Assembly: GCA_963761305.1 (NCBI GenBank) | Contig: CAVXGK010000002.1 | Span: 192,001-256,000, forward strand | DNA: 64,000 nt | From: an uncultured Gemmatimonadaceae bacterium | Lineage (GTDB): Bacteria > Gemmatimonadota > Gemmatimonadetes > Gemmatimonadales > Gemmatimonadaceae | Direction of reading: 5' to 3' | Notes under the pieces: generated by a model | Told to the model about the DNA's origin: nothing | Seen by the model: the letters and a program-made list of their open reading frames with translations, nothing else | Databases searched by the model: none | Position numbers and translations under genes: made by a program | Part shown: in pieces, positions 29,949-40,524 of the stretch | Position numbering within the stretch: the first letter of the stretch is position 1 | Layout: each line of letters opens with the position of its first letter

Positions 29949-32197
29949 ATGATCGCCGCGTGGATGTTGTACACGATGGCCGTGGGGTTCTTGCTGTACG
30001 CCGCGGCGATGGGAGCTGAGTACGTCACCCGCGCTCTCAGGGTGCCGGCACGTTTCGTATGGCTTTTCGCCATGATGACGACGATCGTCTCGCAGGGCGC
30101 GCGCTGTCGAGCAGCGAGCGTCCCGCGCGGCCGGCGCCGCTCCAGCGAAGAATGGACGGTCAATTCGACTCGAAACCCCTGGTTCTATCGCCGAATCTTC
30201 AATGAGCGCTGATCTGTGAGTCGCCGACCGACCAGGGAAGGTCAACGTGCGTCGGACCGACGACAGTCAGAAACGCTCGCCCGATTCACTCGATAAGACA
30301 TGTCGGCGGCGCGTGTCGCGAATCGACTGCGTGCTCTCGACCCGTAACAGGGCGCTGATCATCGCCTGGATTGCGTTGTCAGCGCTCGCCCTGTGCTGGC
30401 TTCTCATGTCGTTCCTTCGACTGCGCCGGCTGGCCGGCGAGCTCACTGCCGAGACGATCGCCAATCGCGCGGTTCTTGTGTCAGAGGACGTCGGTCCGGC
30501 GCTCCTCGGGATTCTGCGAACTCGAATCGTCTTACCGCGCTGGGTGCTCGAGCTGCCACCAGCGGAGCAGGAGATCATCGTCGCTCACGAACGGCAACAC
30601 GCCGTCGCGTTCGACCCGGCGCTGGTATGCGCCAGCATGTGCATCGTTGCACTTCAGCCGTGGAACGTCGTTCTGTGGATGCTTCTCGCGCGCCTGCGTC
30701 TCGCGGTGGAGGTCGACTGCGACCGACGGGTCCTCGGGGAAGGGGGCGACGTCAGCGCGAACGGCCAATTGCTCGCCGCGATATACGAGCGGACGAGCGG
30801 ATTGGCGCCCCACGTGGCGTTTGCGGAGCGCGGCTCGAGCCTCGAGCGCCGCATTCGGCGCATCACGTCACGCCCCCGATTGTTCTCGGCGGCGGTCGGC
30901 GGATCGGCCATCGCCGCCACTGTGTTCGCGACCGCCGCGTGGAAGACGTCTGCGCCGACCCGCACGACTCCGATGGTGTCGTCCACGGTCGGCCCGTCCG
31001 CTATAGTGGCGAGTGTGCTCGCCGCTGTCCCGCAGAAGACACCCGCGCCACCCCGTTCCGCCGCGCCGTCGGAAACCCTGACGAAGTCGTCAGCTGTGGA
31101 GTCTGGCCACGAGGAACCGCAGGTGACAGTTCCTTCCGAATCACAGCGGCCAGGGTCCGCCGTCGCGCAGGTGGTCAGTGTCCAACGGCGCGACGTGCAT
31201 CAAGGTCCCACACCGCGATCGGCTCTCGCAGAGGCCGTGCCCTTTACGGCCGTGCGTGCCGAGACGTCCCTCATCCGCATAACGATCGAAGCTACGAATC
31301 TGGCGGAGTTCAGGTTTGTTGTGCCCCTAGACTCAACGACGCGACCCATACACGTCGCTCGAGGTCGCGCGGAACTCGTCTGGGGGATATATCCGTTTTC
31401 CTCGATGATGGAAATCACGTCGCTCGAAACCACGACCCAAGTGCACGTCGAGGCAGCGCAGAACGGCCGCACGATTGCGAGCGGCGAAGGGACCTATTTG
31501 GTTCTTCGCCGAGACTCGTGGGCGTCACGATCGAGGCGTGGAGCCACGCGCCGCCGTCGCGCGCGCAACTGCTACCCAAATCCTGGACTGCCGGGTCGAA
31601 CGAACAAGGCGGAGGCGCCGCAACGGGTCCTTGTGCAATCCCCGATAGCATTCGCGATCCGCGGGTTGTCGCGCCTTTCGGACGCAGAAGTCAGATCGGC
31701 CGTCGGCATCACGCCGAAATCGACCATAAACGGCCCTGTTGTGACCAATGCGCTCAAGAACCTCGACGCGATCAACAGCTTCGAGCCGAACGCGACGGCG
31801 ACGTGCGAGCTGATCGGCGGGAAGAGCGTCTTGGTGTTCAACCTCACCGAGCGGCGCACCGGGGTGTCGGCTCGCGACTCGATTTCGGCGCGGCTGGTTG
31901 AACTTGAGTTCGACGGGTTCATCAGGGTCGATTCGACTGGCGTTCACTTCAAAGCTTCGCTTCGACTCGGAGGTCCGGCGTCCATCGCCGCTTCGCTCCT
32001 TGCCCGACGGCGTCGCGGCAGACCGGCAAGCGACAGGGCGTGTGGTCCTCGCGCTCGAAGCGCGAGCGTCAACCGTCCGCTCCCAGCGTGATGTCATGCG
32101 AGCTGTATACACGGATGAGTATCCAGCGGTTCGCAACGCCCGAGCCGAGGATAGCGCGATCAGCGAGCGACTAGTCGAAATCCGCCGCAGTATGTGA
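29949..32197 (+). pseudogene. BlaR1/M56 metallopeptidase, multiply frameshifted, with a POTRA-like segment
   Basis: MIAAWMLY, GPALLG--R-RIVLP-W, HERQH, EVDCDRRVL, LERRI; later IRGLSRLSDAEVRSAVGI...NALKNL. Confidence 0.7.
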
Positions 32198-32452
32198 CGC
32201 GTTTTCTCGAGACTCACCCCCGGATTGGCGCGGTCGAGTTTGGGTCGAGTTTCTCGCTGCGGAGTGCTACATCGTCGATCTGCGGACGGCCCGTTTGCGT
32301 CGCCGATGTTTCAACGCGGACCAGCGGTCACAAGGAGCTGTCACCGCACTCGCCACATGAGCCGCCGTTCGGATGAAGACGTACTTCAACGGTTGGCTCG
32401 GCCAGCGGCTGCACCCGGTCGGGCATCCGATTTGTCTCATCGATCAATCGAC

Positions 32453-33112
32453 CGCCACCAAGCCGACTCTCCACGCCACCAGCGAACAAACGAGTTTTCC
32501 GAACGACGAGCTGACTTTCCCGTCGATGCACGTCACCGGTAGCATCGAAGAGATCACCGACGTCGCACGAAGCATTCAAGGAGGCAAGGCGACGGCATCA
32601 ATTGTTCGGAAACGCAGTTCACAACGACTGCAAGACAGTCGATGAGCGAGTTCAGTCCCATCACGCGAGTCAGTGATAGCGGAGGGCATTGAACCGCGCG
32701 CGCCAACGAATTGGTCGCAATGCGGTGGGAGTTTACAAGAACGGATCACAACACGCGGACGCAGAGGCGATCCCAGACGTTCTCCATCCCACCAACGACG
32801 GGTTAGCGCACCAGCCGTTGAGGTGAGCGGAACCGGCGCTGAGCCCTGTGGTCGCGCCACATCTGGTATCGGTCGCAACGCATAGGGCACCGCCACCACC
32901 GCATAGCTGACGCGAACCACTCGATGCGTCTCAACGCCACCAGTCGAGAGATGACCTGACCCCTCCCCCAAGGTCACCGCCACCACCGCGCGCCTTACCG
33001 GTCGCCGCGCGTAGATGAGCGGCTCGCCTGCCGAGCCGATCGCCACCAACGGGAACATCGATGCGACCGTCTGTCGAACCCATCGCCACCATCTCGCGAG
33101 GCATCGCCACCA
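32453..33112 (+). repeat. Helically phased array of CGCCACCA (8 exact copies)
   Basis: Starts at 32453, 32474, 32891, 32935, 32978, 33041, 33084 and 33105. Confidence 0.85.
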
Positions 33113-33117
33113 AGAAA

Positions 33118-33195
33118 TGTGCGGCATTGTGGTTTGGAGACAGGGGCGCCGCCGCGCCGACGCCGATGAATCAACACGGATCAGAACTCTACGCG
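33118..33195 (+). repeat. About 75-bp dispersed direct repeat, copy 1
   Basis: Core CGACGCCGATGAATCAAC(A/C)CGGATCAGAACTC(T/C)ACGCG shared with 39104-39180. Confidence 0.9.
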
Positions 33196-35044
33196 CACGT
33201 CCTGCCACCGTTCGCCGTGCACGAATATTCGACCCCACACCTCGAGCGCGATCAGTTTGTAGAGCAAACCCGTCTGCTCGCCACACCACGCTCGCAAGTC
33301 GGCCGGCGTGAGGCGTGTCCACTCCGCCACGAATCCATTCTCCAACAGCTTCGGCATCTTGGTGGAATAGGCGACAAACGGCACCGAGAACCCGACCTTC
33401 GGACGATTCACGACGCTTGCCGGGAGATGGCGGAGCGCCACTTGCTTGAGCAGTCGCTTGGTCTGCGAGCCGCGAAGCTTCTGGTCCAAGGGGAGGTTGA
33501 GGGCAAAGTCGAACAGGTCATGCTCGAGAAAAGGCACGCGGCCTTCGATCGAATGGAGCATCAACATGCGATCGAGCCGCTGGAGGAGTTGCTGCATCAA
33601 GAATCTTGCATTGAGGAGCATGAAGCTCTGGACCCGGGCGTCGCGGCGGTTGGGCATCCAGTCATAGCTCGCCACGGCCTGTCGCCAGCGGGACCACGAC
33701 TGAAAGCCTTGTCCGACGAAACTCAGCGCCTTGATGGGTTCGTCGAGGCTCCACGTGGCGAAGCCAAACCCTACGTGCGCATGCTCCTGGAAGTCGGAGG
33801 GGCCGTACTTGAAATAGAGGTACGGGTCGGGGCCTTCCGTCCGGGCGAGAAACCGGCGCACCGCGCCCGCCACGAAACGTGAAGGCCTCCACCGGGACGA
33901 AAGGCGGCTCAACGAGTTCTGATAGTGGCGATACCACCAATAGCCCCCGAACAGCTCGTCGGCGCCTTCGCCTGACAGCAGCACTTTGAGGCCGTCCTCG
34001 CGAGCCTTGCGGGCGATCAAGGCCAGACTCACGGAGTGGGGCTGCGCGACGGGCACATCCAGCGCGTACGTCACCTCCGGAAACATCTCCCAGAACTGAC
34101 CTTGGTCGATATGACTGGTCCGCAGTTCGGCGCCGACATGGCGAGCGACCTGCTGCGCGAAATGCGTCTCGCGACCTTCGCCCTCGAAGTCGGCGTGATA
34201 GAGCGCGACGCCGTGATCCCGCTTTGCCACGACCGCGGCGATGAGCGACGAATCGAGCCCGCCGCTGCACAACACGCCGATCGGCGCATCGCTCTGTTCA
34301 TGCAACGCGATGGATTGCTGCAATCGATTGTCGAGATCGTCGACCAGGGTGTTGCTCGCGAGCAGTCGCGCGTACGCGTCGCGGTCGACCCGGGACTCGA
34401 GCTCGCCGTAGATCGCGTCCGTCCGCTGCCCCGTGACCGTGTTCAGCGTCACATATCGACCGGGAAGCACCTCCTGCACATTGGCGAACGGCACAAAGTT
34501 CTCGCCGATGCGGTTGTACACGAGGAAGTCCTTCAGGCGATCGAGATTCGGCACGTATTCGAGATTCTTGATCTCCGAGGAGAACTCGAAGTGGCTGTCC
34601 GCGGCGACAAAGTACAGCGGCTTGATCCCCGTCGTGTCCCGCGCCAGCAGCAGCGTTCGCGTCGATGCCTTGTAATAGGCGAACGCGAACATCCCGTTGA
34701 GCAGCGGGAGGCACTCGCACTCCCAAGCGGTTGAGCAAGAGGAACAGCACCTCGGTGTCGCTGCGGCTCCGCAAGTCCTCGCCGACGAGATAGCGCTGCT
34801 GGAGGGCGCGCCAATTGTAGATCTCGCCGTTGAACACGAGCGACGCGTCGTCGTTCGCGAATGGTTGATTGCCCGCCGCCGTCAGGTCGAGGATGCTGAG
34901 CCGCGTGTGGCCCAAAAACACGTTGTCACGCTGCTGCGTCCCGAAGTTGTCCGGCCCGCGATGGCCAAGCATCCGGGTTCGGCGCGCGCAGTCGGAGTAG
35001 TCGATCGGCCGGCGGATGCCGACGCAACCGTAGATACCGCACAT
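33181..35044 (-). CDS. asnB: Asparagine synthase (glutamine-hydrolysing)-like amidotransferase, frameshift near 34718
   Basis: N-terminal MCGI, HRGPD, HTRLSILD, FNGEIYN, SGGLDSS, LSGEGADELFGGY, EGRVPFL, RPKVGF. Confidence 0.85.
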
Positions 35045-35234
35045 GTTGTGGGGGCTTTGGGTAGCAGGGCGTGGAGAGAAACAAAAAAATACGAAGGTGC
35101 TCTCGTTTCGCACATCCCGATGACGGAGCGCGGGATCTCAGTCGCCCGAAGATCGTGGCCACCGGACGTTCGCCTTTTCCAACGTTCGGTAGCATGTTGA
35201 CAACTCTCCCGGTTCTTTTCGTGTCTCACTCGGC

Positions 35235-38200
35235 ATGAGATCTCTCCTCGTCCTTCTGGTCCCCGCCACGCTGGCCGCTCAGGTCGGCCAACCCGGCCCT
35301 GCGGAAACCGTCAGGGGTCACGTCGAGAGCGACTCGGCGCGGGCGATCGTCGCCGCCACCGTGATCGTCACTCGAGGACCCGACCGGCTTACCGAGCATA
35401 CCACCACCGACAGCGCCGGCAACTTTCGCGTCCACTTCGACACGGGAACCGGCGACTATCTCGTCTACGCCGCCGCCACGGGCTACAAGTCCGCGCGGCG
35501 GCGCGTACAACGGCAAGGTTCCGAGCGCGAGATCGTCGCGAACTTCACGCTGGTTCTCGATCTGACGAAGCTCGCGGCCACCAAGGTCACCGCGACCAAG
35601 CCCGTGCGCGCGAACAACTCGGTGGGCCCGATGCAGCAGGATCCCGGCGCGGCCGAGAAGTGGTCCGACGGCATCAACGGCCAGATACCGCCCACAGTCG
35701 CGGGCGACCTCACCGCGATCGCCGGCACCATGTCCAACGTCACAGTCACCGGCGGCGGCGTGTCGATTCTCGGATCCGATCCAAGCGCCACACTCGTCAC
35801 CATGAACGGCATGGCCAGCGCCGCGGCGTCGATTCCGCGCGCGACGCGCAGCGACACACGCGTCACCGGCGCCACGTTCGACGCCACCCGCGGAGGATTC
35901 TCCGGCGCGGCCATCGATACGCGCCCGGCGCAGGGCAATCGCAATTACGAAGAGCGAAACGGCTACTTCAGTCTCGACCCCACGTCGCTCCAATTCACCG
36001 ACCCCACGTCGCGCGCCCTCGGTGCCGCCAGCGGCGGCTTTCGTCTCAGCGCTGCGGCGGACGGCGAGCTCATTCGCGACGCGCTCACCTACAACACGTC
36101 GATCGACGTCCGCCGAGCGGTGGGCGACCCCGCGACGCTGCTCTCCGCCGACCCGGACGTTCTGTTGCGCGCCGGCGCGTCGCCTGACTCCGTGGCGCGT
36201 CTCGTCGCCACGGCGCGTCCGGCCGGCGTCCCGCTCACGGGCGCGAACATTCCGGGCAACCGTGAGCACCGCAACGCCACGTGGCTCACGCGCCTGGACG
36301 ACACCCGCGATACGCTCGATCATAGAATGCTCACGACGTATGTGAGCTATACTACCGACGGCGCGCTTGGGTTCGGCGCGCTCACGGCCCCATCGGCCGC
36401 GGGCCAGCGGCAACAGACGTCGTTGGGCGCGCAGTTCGTTCAGGATAAGTTTGTCGGGCCGGGTCGCCGCGTGCTCAACGAATCGCGCTTCAGCGTCGGC
36501 GACACAAAGACGCAGCAGTCGCCCTATCAGGCGTTACCGGGCGCCAACGTGCTGATCGATTCGCCGGATCCCACCGCGCCCGGCGGACAGGATGTGGACA
36601 TGGTGACGCTGGGCGGCGCCCCAGGTCTTGCGAGCAACAACACAAACTGGTTCGGCGAAGCGGCAAACGAAACCGATTGGTTCGCCCACGGCAACCGCCA
36701 CCGCTTTCGCGGGCTCGCGTGGTTGAGAATCGACGGGCTGAATCAATCGGCGAATCCCAACCAGTACGGATCCTACACCTACAACTCGCTCGCCGATTTC
36801 GCGGCGAACACACCGAGCACGTTCACCCGAACCCTCACCGAGCCGCCGCGCACGGGTCAGGTCTGGAATTCCGCGCTCGCTTTCTCGCACACCTTCGTGC
36901 CGAGCCAGTTCGTTTCCCTCATCTACGGCGCGCGCGTGGAGGGCGACGGGTTCTTCGGTGCGCCCACACAGAACCCGGCGCTCGAACAAGCGCTCGGCGT
37001 TACAACCGGCGCGGCACCGTTGCGCGTTCACGTCAGTCCGCGCATCGGCTTCACCTACCGCTACAACCGGGACCGCGACAACGGCAACGGCATGTCAGGG
37101 AACCGGGTGGGCAGCTTCTATAGAAGTCCCTTCGGCGTGATTCGCGGCGGCATCGGTGAGTTCCGCGATCTGCTCACGCCCGGCGTGCTCGCCAACGCCA
37201 AAGCCGCGACCGGACTCGCGAGCGGCACGTCGGTCCTTTCGTGCGTCGGCAGCGCGGTGCCGCTGCCCAACTGGAACAGATTCGTCGGCGACCCAAGCTC
37301 GATTCCGAGCACGTGCGCGGACACCACCGGTCCGCTGGCCGAGCGCGCGACGGCTGTGAACCTCATCAATCCGTCATACGACGTGCCGAGAAGCTGGCGC
37401 GCGTCGCTGGACTGGTCGACGGAGTTCGGTTCGTGGCTCACACAAATCAGCACGCTCGCGTCGTACAACCTGAATCAGCCCGGCCTGGTCGACGCCAACT
37501 TTGCCGGCGCGCAGCAGTTCACGCTCGCCGACGGCAGCAATCGTCCCGTGTTCGTCACGCCGGCGTCGATCGATCCCGCCACGGGCGCGCTGTCGGCATC
37601 GGCGGCTCGGCGTAGCACAGAGTTCGGCGCCGTCGACGAGCGAGTCAGTGATCTCAAGGGCTATGGTGGCCAGGTCACGTTCCGCGTGTCGCCGGACGTC
37701 TTCAAGTTCCGCGGCCGGTTCCAGCTCTACACCTCGTTGAGCTACACGCTGCAGAAAGTCGAGAGCCAGTTCCGCGGCTTCGACGGTGCGGGATTCGGCG
37801 ACCCGCGCACGATCGAGTGGGCGCCGAGCAACTACGACGCGCGTCACGTGCTGGTGCTGTCCGCTGGGATCGCCGTGCCGCGGGTCGGAAGCTTCACGGC
37901 GTTTTCGCGCATCCAGTCGGGCTTTCCGTTTACGCCCATCGTCCAAGGCGACATCAACGGCGATGGCGTGAGCGGAGATCGCGCGTTCATCCCGAACCCG
38001 GCCACCACGAAGGACAGCCTCGTCGCCGCGCAGCTCCGGTCGCTGCTCGCCAGCGGATCCCCGACGGCCAAAGACTGCATCTCGGCCAACCTCGGTCAAG
38101 TCGTGCCGCGCAACGGCTGTCGTGGTCCATGGACGCAGACGCTCAACGCGCAGTGGTCGCCGTACATGCCGCAAAAGTGGAACAATCGAGTGACACCCAC

Positions 38201-38948
38201 CGTGTACTTCAACAACGTGCTGGCGGGTATCGACCAGATGTTGCACGGCAGTTCGGGGCTGCGCGGATGGGGGTCGCCCGCCATACCAAACCCGACACTA
38301 CTGGTGCCGCGCGGTTACAGCGCCGGCGCGCAAGCGTTTCTCTATACGGTCAACCAGCGGTTCGCCGACACGCGGCCGGGTCACTCGCTGCTGTTCAACC
38401 CATTCCAGGTCATCGTCGATTTCCGCGTCGATCTGACGACGAATCCCGACCTTCAGCAATTGCGGCGCGCGGTGGAACCGGTGCACGGGCCGGCGGGCTG
38501 GATTCGTCGCAGCTCGGACTCCCTCACGGCGTTCTATCTCCGTCAGACCTCGAGCGTTTACAAGCTGGTGCTGTCCGAGTCGGACTCGCTGTTCCTGACG
38601 GCGCTGCAGACGACGGCGTTGCGTCGAGCGGACTCCGTATTCAGCGCGCGGGTGATCGCGGTCTACGGACCGCTGGGAGCGTACCTCGCCAAAGGCGAGG
38701 GCGCCGCCGGTCCGGCGGAGTTGGACAGCGTGGTCGCCACGCAGAAGCTCTACTGGACGAGCTTTTGGGAGCAGCCGGAGATCGTGGCCGACATCATCAC
38801 GCCGGAGCAGCGCGAGCTGATCCCGCTCGTCAAGAATCTTGTGAGCGTTCCGAAGGAAAATCGAGAGCACTCGCGATTCTTCTTCGGATCGCCCGTGACG
38901 GTCCCCAAGAAAGCCCCGCCCGCTCCTGTCGTACCCGAGGGTAACTAG
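35235..38948 (+). CDS. Carboxypeptidase-regulatory-like domain / TonB-dependent-receptor-like outer membrane protein
   Basis: Signal peptide, N-terminal TTTDSAGNF/GYK domain, plug-like GGFSG, SPRIGF, beta-strand-rich body; 1237 aa. Confidence 0.7.
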   Translation: MRSLLVLLVPATLAAQVGQPGPAETVRGHVESDSARAIVAATVIVTRGPDRLTEHTTTDSAGNFRVHFDTGTGDYLVYAAATGYKSARRRVQRQGSEREIVANFTLVLDLTKLAATKVTATKPVRANNSVGPMQQDPGAAEKWSDGINGQIPPTVAGDLTAIAGTMSNVTVTGGGVSILGSDPSATLVTMNGMASAAASIPRATRSDTRVTGATFDATRGGFSGAAIDTRPAQGNRNYEERNGYFSLDPTSLQFTDPTSRALGAASGGFRLSAAADGELIRDALTYNTSIDVRRAVGDPATLLSADPDVLLRAGASPDSVARLVATARPAGVPLTGANIPGNREHRNATWLTRLDDTRDTLDHRMLTTYVSYTTDGALGFGALTAPSAAGQRQQTSLGAQFVQDKFVGPGRRVLNESRFSVGDTKTQQSPYQALPGANVLIDSPDPTAPGGQDVDMVTLGGAPGLASNNTNWFGEAANETDWFAHGNRHRFRGLAWLRIDGLNQSANPNQYGSYTYNSLADFAANTPSTFTRTLTEPPRTGQVWNSALAFSHTFVPSQFVSLIYGARVEGDGFFGAPTQNPALEQALGVTTGAAPLRVHVSPRIGFTYRYNRDRDNGNGMSGNRVGSFYRSPFGVIRGGIGEFRDLLTPGVLANAKAATGLASGTSVLSCVGSAVPLPNWNRFVGDPSSIPSTCADTTGPLAERATAVNLINPSYDVPRSWRASLDWSTEFGSWLTQISTLASYNLNQPGLVDANFAGAQQFTLADGSNRPVFVTPASIDPATGALSASAARRSTEFGAVDERVSDLKGYGGQVTFRVSPDVFKFRGRFQLYTSLSYTLQKVESQFRGFDGAGFGDPRTIEWAPSNYDARHVLVLSAGIAVPRVGSFTAFSRIQSGFPFTPIVQGDINGDGVSGDRAFIPNPATTKDSLVAAQLRSLLASGSPTAKDCISANLGQVVPRNGCRGPWTQTLNAQWSPYMPQKWNNRVTPTVYFNNVLAGIDQMLHGSSGLRGWGSPAIPNPTLLVPRGYSAGAQAFLYTVNQRFADTRPGHSLLFNPFQVIVDFRVDLTTNPDLQQLRRAVEPVHGPAGWIRRSSDSLTAFYLRQTSSVYKLVLSESDSLFLTALQTTALRRADSVFSARVIAVYGPLGAYLAKGEGAAGPAELDSVVATQKLYWTSFWEQPEIVADIITPEQRELIPLVKNLVSVPKENREHSRFFFGSPVTVPKKAPPAPVVPEGN

Positions 38949-39103
38949 TACTCATTCGGACTGGCCGGCCGGACGGCGCAGCCATCTAGCCGGTAGGTCG
39001 AAGCTGCATCGAGGACCGCGTCACCCTGACTCAGGTGATCGCGATCGAGCTGTGTCAGCCGCCGAACACGCCGCCACAATTCGTTCGGCGCGACGAGCCG
39101 AGC

Positions 39104-39180
39104 TGTGCGGCGCTCGTGGTCTGGACACAAGCGCTTCGGCGTCGACGCCGATGAATCAACCCGGATCAGAACTCCACGCG
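39104..39180 (+). repeat. About 75-bp dispersed direct repeat, copy 2 (next to the attR-like site)
   Basis: Matches copy 1 at 33118-33195. Confidence 0.9.
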
Positions 39181-39189
39181 TCGCGCGGG

Positions 39190-39208
39190 CAGATCCCGTC
39201 GTCCCGAT
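39190..39208 (+). repeat. attR-like duplicate of the tRNA-Pro 3' end
   Basis: CAGATCCCGTCGTCCCGAT versus CAAATCCCGCCGTCCCGAT; CGCGGG lies just upstream, as in the tRNA T stem. Confidence 0.65.
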
Positions 39209-40123
39209 TCACGGGTCGACGACGGCGGCCGCGGACCATCCGCTTTCAACAGTCGGGTATTTCAAAACCCAGCTGGTCGCGGACTTGAGCCTGTCGTTGG
39301 AAATGCGAAGCGACCGGGCCATCATTGTGCCGAGGCTTCCCGTAAAGCGGATGATCCAGCGTGGCGGCAGACGCGGCGGGCGCACGCGTTGCATTCTGGC
39401 AAGCGCGTCGCCGAACTGGCGCCGCGTCAACGGCTCGTCATCGACGACGTTGTACGCTCCGGAGGGCGCGTCGAGTGCCGCGACGACCGCGGATGCAGCA
39501 TCCTCGTGATTCACCATCGAGAAGAAACCGTCGGGACGCCCGAGAAGCGGCAGCCAACCGCGACGCACGTATCGCAAGACATCGTGCGTGAAACCGTCGT
39601 GAGAGCCATAGAAGAACGCGAACCGCAAGGCCACACCCGCTCCCCCGGATTTCGCAAATCGATCGACCGAGGCTTCGGCGTCGAGCACGGAGCGATTATA
39701 GCGGACCGGTTGGAGCGGCACGTTCTCGTGGATCCACCGATCCCCGGAATCCGGGTAGACCGGCGCGAACGATTCCTGAACGAATCCGCGAACGCCCGCG
39801 GCCATCGCTGCGTCGACGAGGAGTTGTGATCCCTGGGTTCGGATCCGGTTCATCTCCTTCCACGACCCGTAAAGGAATTGCCGGAAGGTGGTGCTCGGCA
39901 CGTGCGTCGCGAGGTTGACCACAACGTCCTTTCCAGCGACTGCCTGGCGGACGGCGACGCGATCGAACAGATCGAGCACGATCGACGAGGCGCCAACGCG
40001 TTCGAGCTCGCGAAGCGATTCAAGCGAGCGACCCGCCCCGGTCACCTCGTGTCCGGCGCGGACCAGCAGCGGAATCGCGCGCCGTCCGATCACTCCCGTT
40101 GCTCCCGTGACGAGGATGCGCAC
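39209..40123 (-). CDS. NAD-dependent epimerase/dehydratase family protein
   Basis: ILVTGATGVIG, VVNLAT, LRFAFFYG, DAASAVV, YNVVDDEP. Confidence 0.85.
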   Translation of the reverse strand: MRILVTGATGVIGRRAIPLLVRAGHEVTGAGRSLESLRELERVGASSIVLDLFDRVAVRQAVAGKDVVVNLATHVPSTTFRQFLYGSWKEMNRIRTQGSQLLVDAAMAAGVRGFVQESFAPVYPDSGDRWIHENVPLQPVRYNRSVLDAEASVDRFAKSGGAGVALRFAFFYGSHDGFTHDVLRYVRRGWLPLLGRPDGFFSMVNHEDAASAVVAALDAPSGAYNVVDDEPLTRRQFGDALARMQRVRPPRLPPRWIIRFTGSLGTMMARSLRISNDRLKSATSWVLKYPTVESGWSAAAVVDP

Positions 40124-40132
40124 CGGTGAGCG

Positions 40133-40240
40133 TCACGGTTCGAGATTGAGCGTCGCGAAGACGTCGGCCCACGCTTTCCTTTTTTGCTCCGTGCGCAGGT
40201 ATTGCAGCGGCGGCACCAGGTCAAAGAAAGTGATGTCCGG
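40133..40240 (-). pseudogene. SnoaL/NTF2-like gene fragment
   Basis: Translates as PDITFFDLVPPLQYLRTEQKRKAWADVF, resembling YybH-type NTF2 proteins. Confidence 0.45.
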
Positions 40241-40524
40241 GCACGATACCGAGTGCAAACGCGGGACCGCGGTTCACGCCCGCACCTCGATGCATCACGA
40301 GGTACGAGTTCCCCTCGCGGTACGCGATGCTCGTGCAGCTGAGGCGCGGGAGAGAAGCGTTCTCGTCAGTCAGGATCAAGAGCTCTAATATTGAGCTGGG
40401 GCTGGCGCCGCGTTCGCCGCCGTTGCGCCCCTGTCGCGCACCGGAACAGACCTGGCGCTCCAGGGCTTGTCAGCGGCGGCGGCGGAGGCCCTTTCTACCA
40501 AACCCACATCACCCGAGGCCGACG

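Larger units (their letters stand above)
11095..39208 (+). mobile_element. Decayed genomic island integrated at tRNA-Pro (about 28 kb)
   Basis: attL CAAATCCCGCCGTCCCGAT (11095-11113) versus attR-like CAGATCCCGTCGTCCCGAT (39190-39208), 17/19 identical. Phage/IS remnants and pseudogenes lie inside. No integrase recognised. Confidence 0.65.

Noticed and set aside
32453..33112. CRISPR array or Chi-site cluster
   Set aside because: The conserved unit is only 8-10 nt with no cas genes in the window. Only one copy matches the full E. coli Chi, and Chi in this lineage is unknown.
33117..33200. Plus-strand MCGIVVW... resembling a second asnB N-terminus
   Set aside because: No HRGPD follows and the second repeat copy does not keep this frame; probably chance.
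33181..35044. AsnB-like gene as a lasso peptide cyclase
   Set aside because: It keeps an intact MCGI/HRGPD glutaminase domain, and no precursor, RRE or B2 protease gene is nearby.
33118..39180. 75-bp repeats as integron attC sites
   Set aside because: No RYYYAAC/GTTRRRY ends or attC-type palindrome, and no integron integrase.
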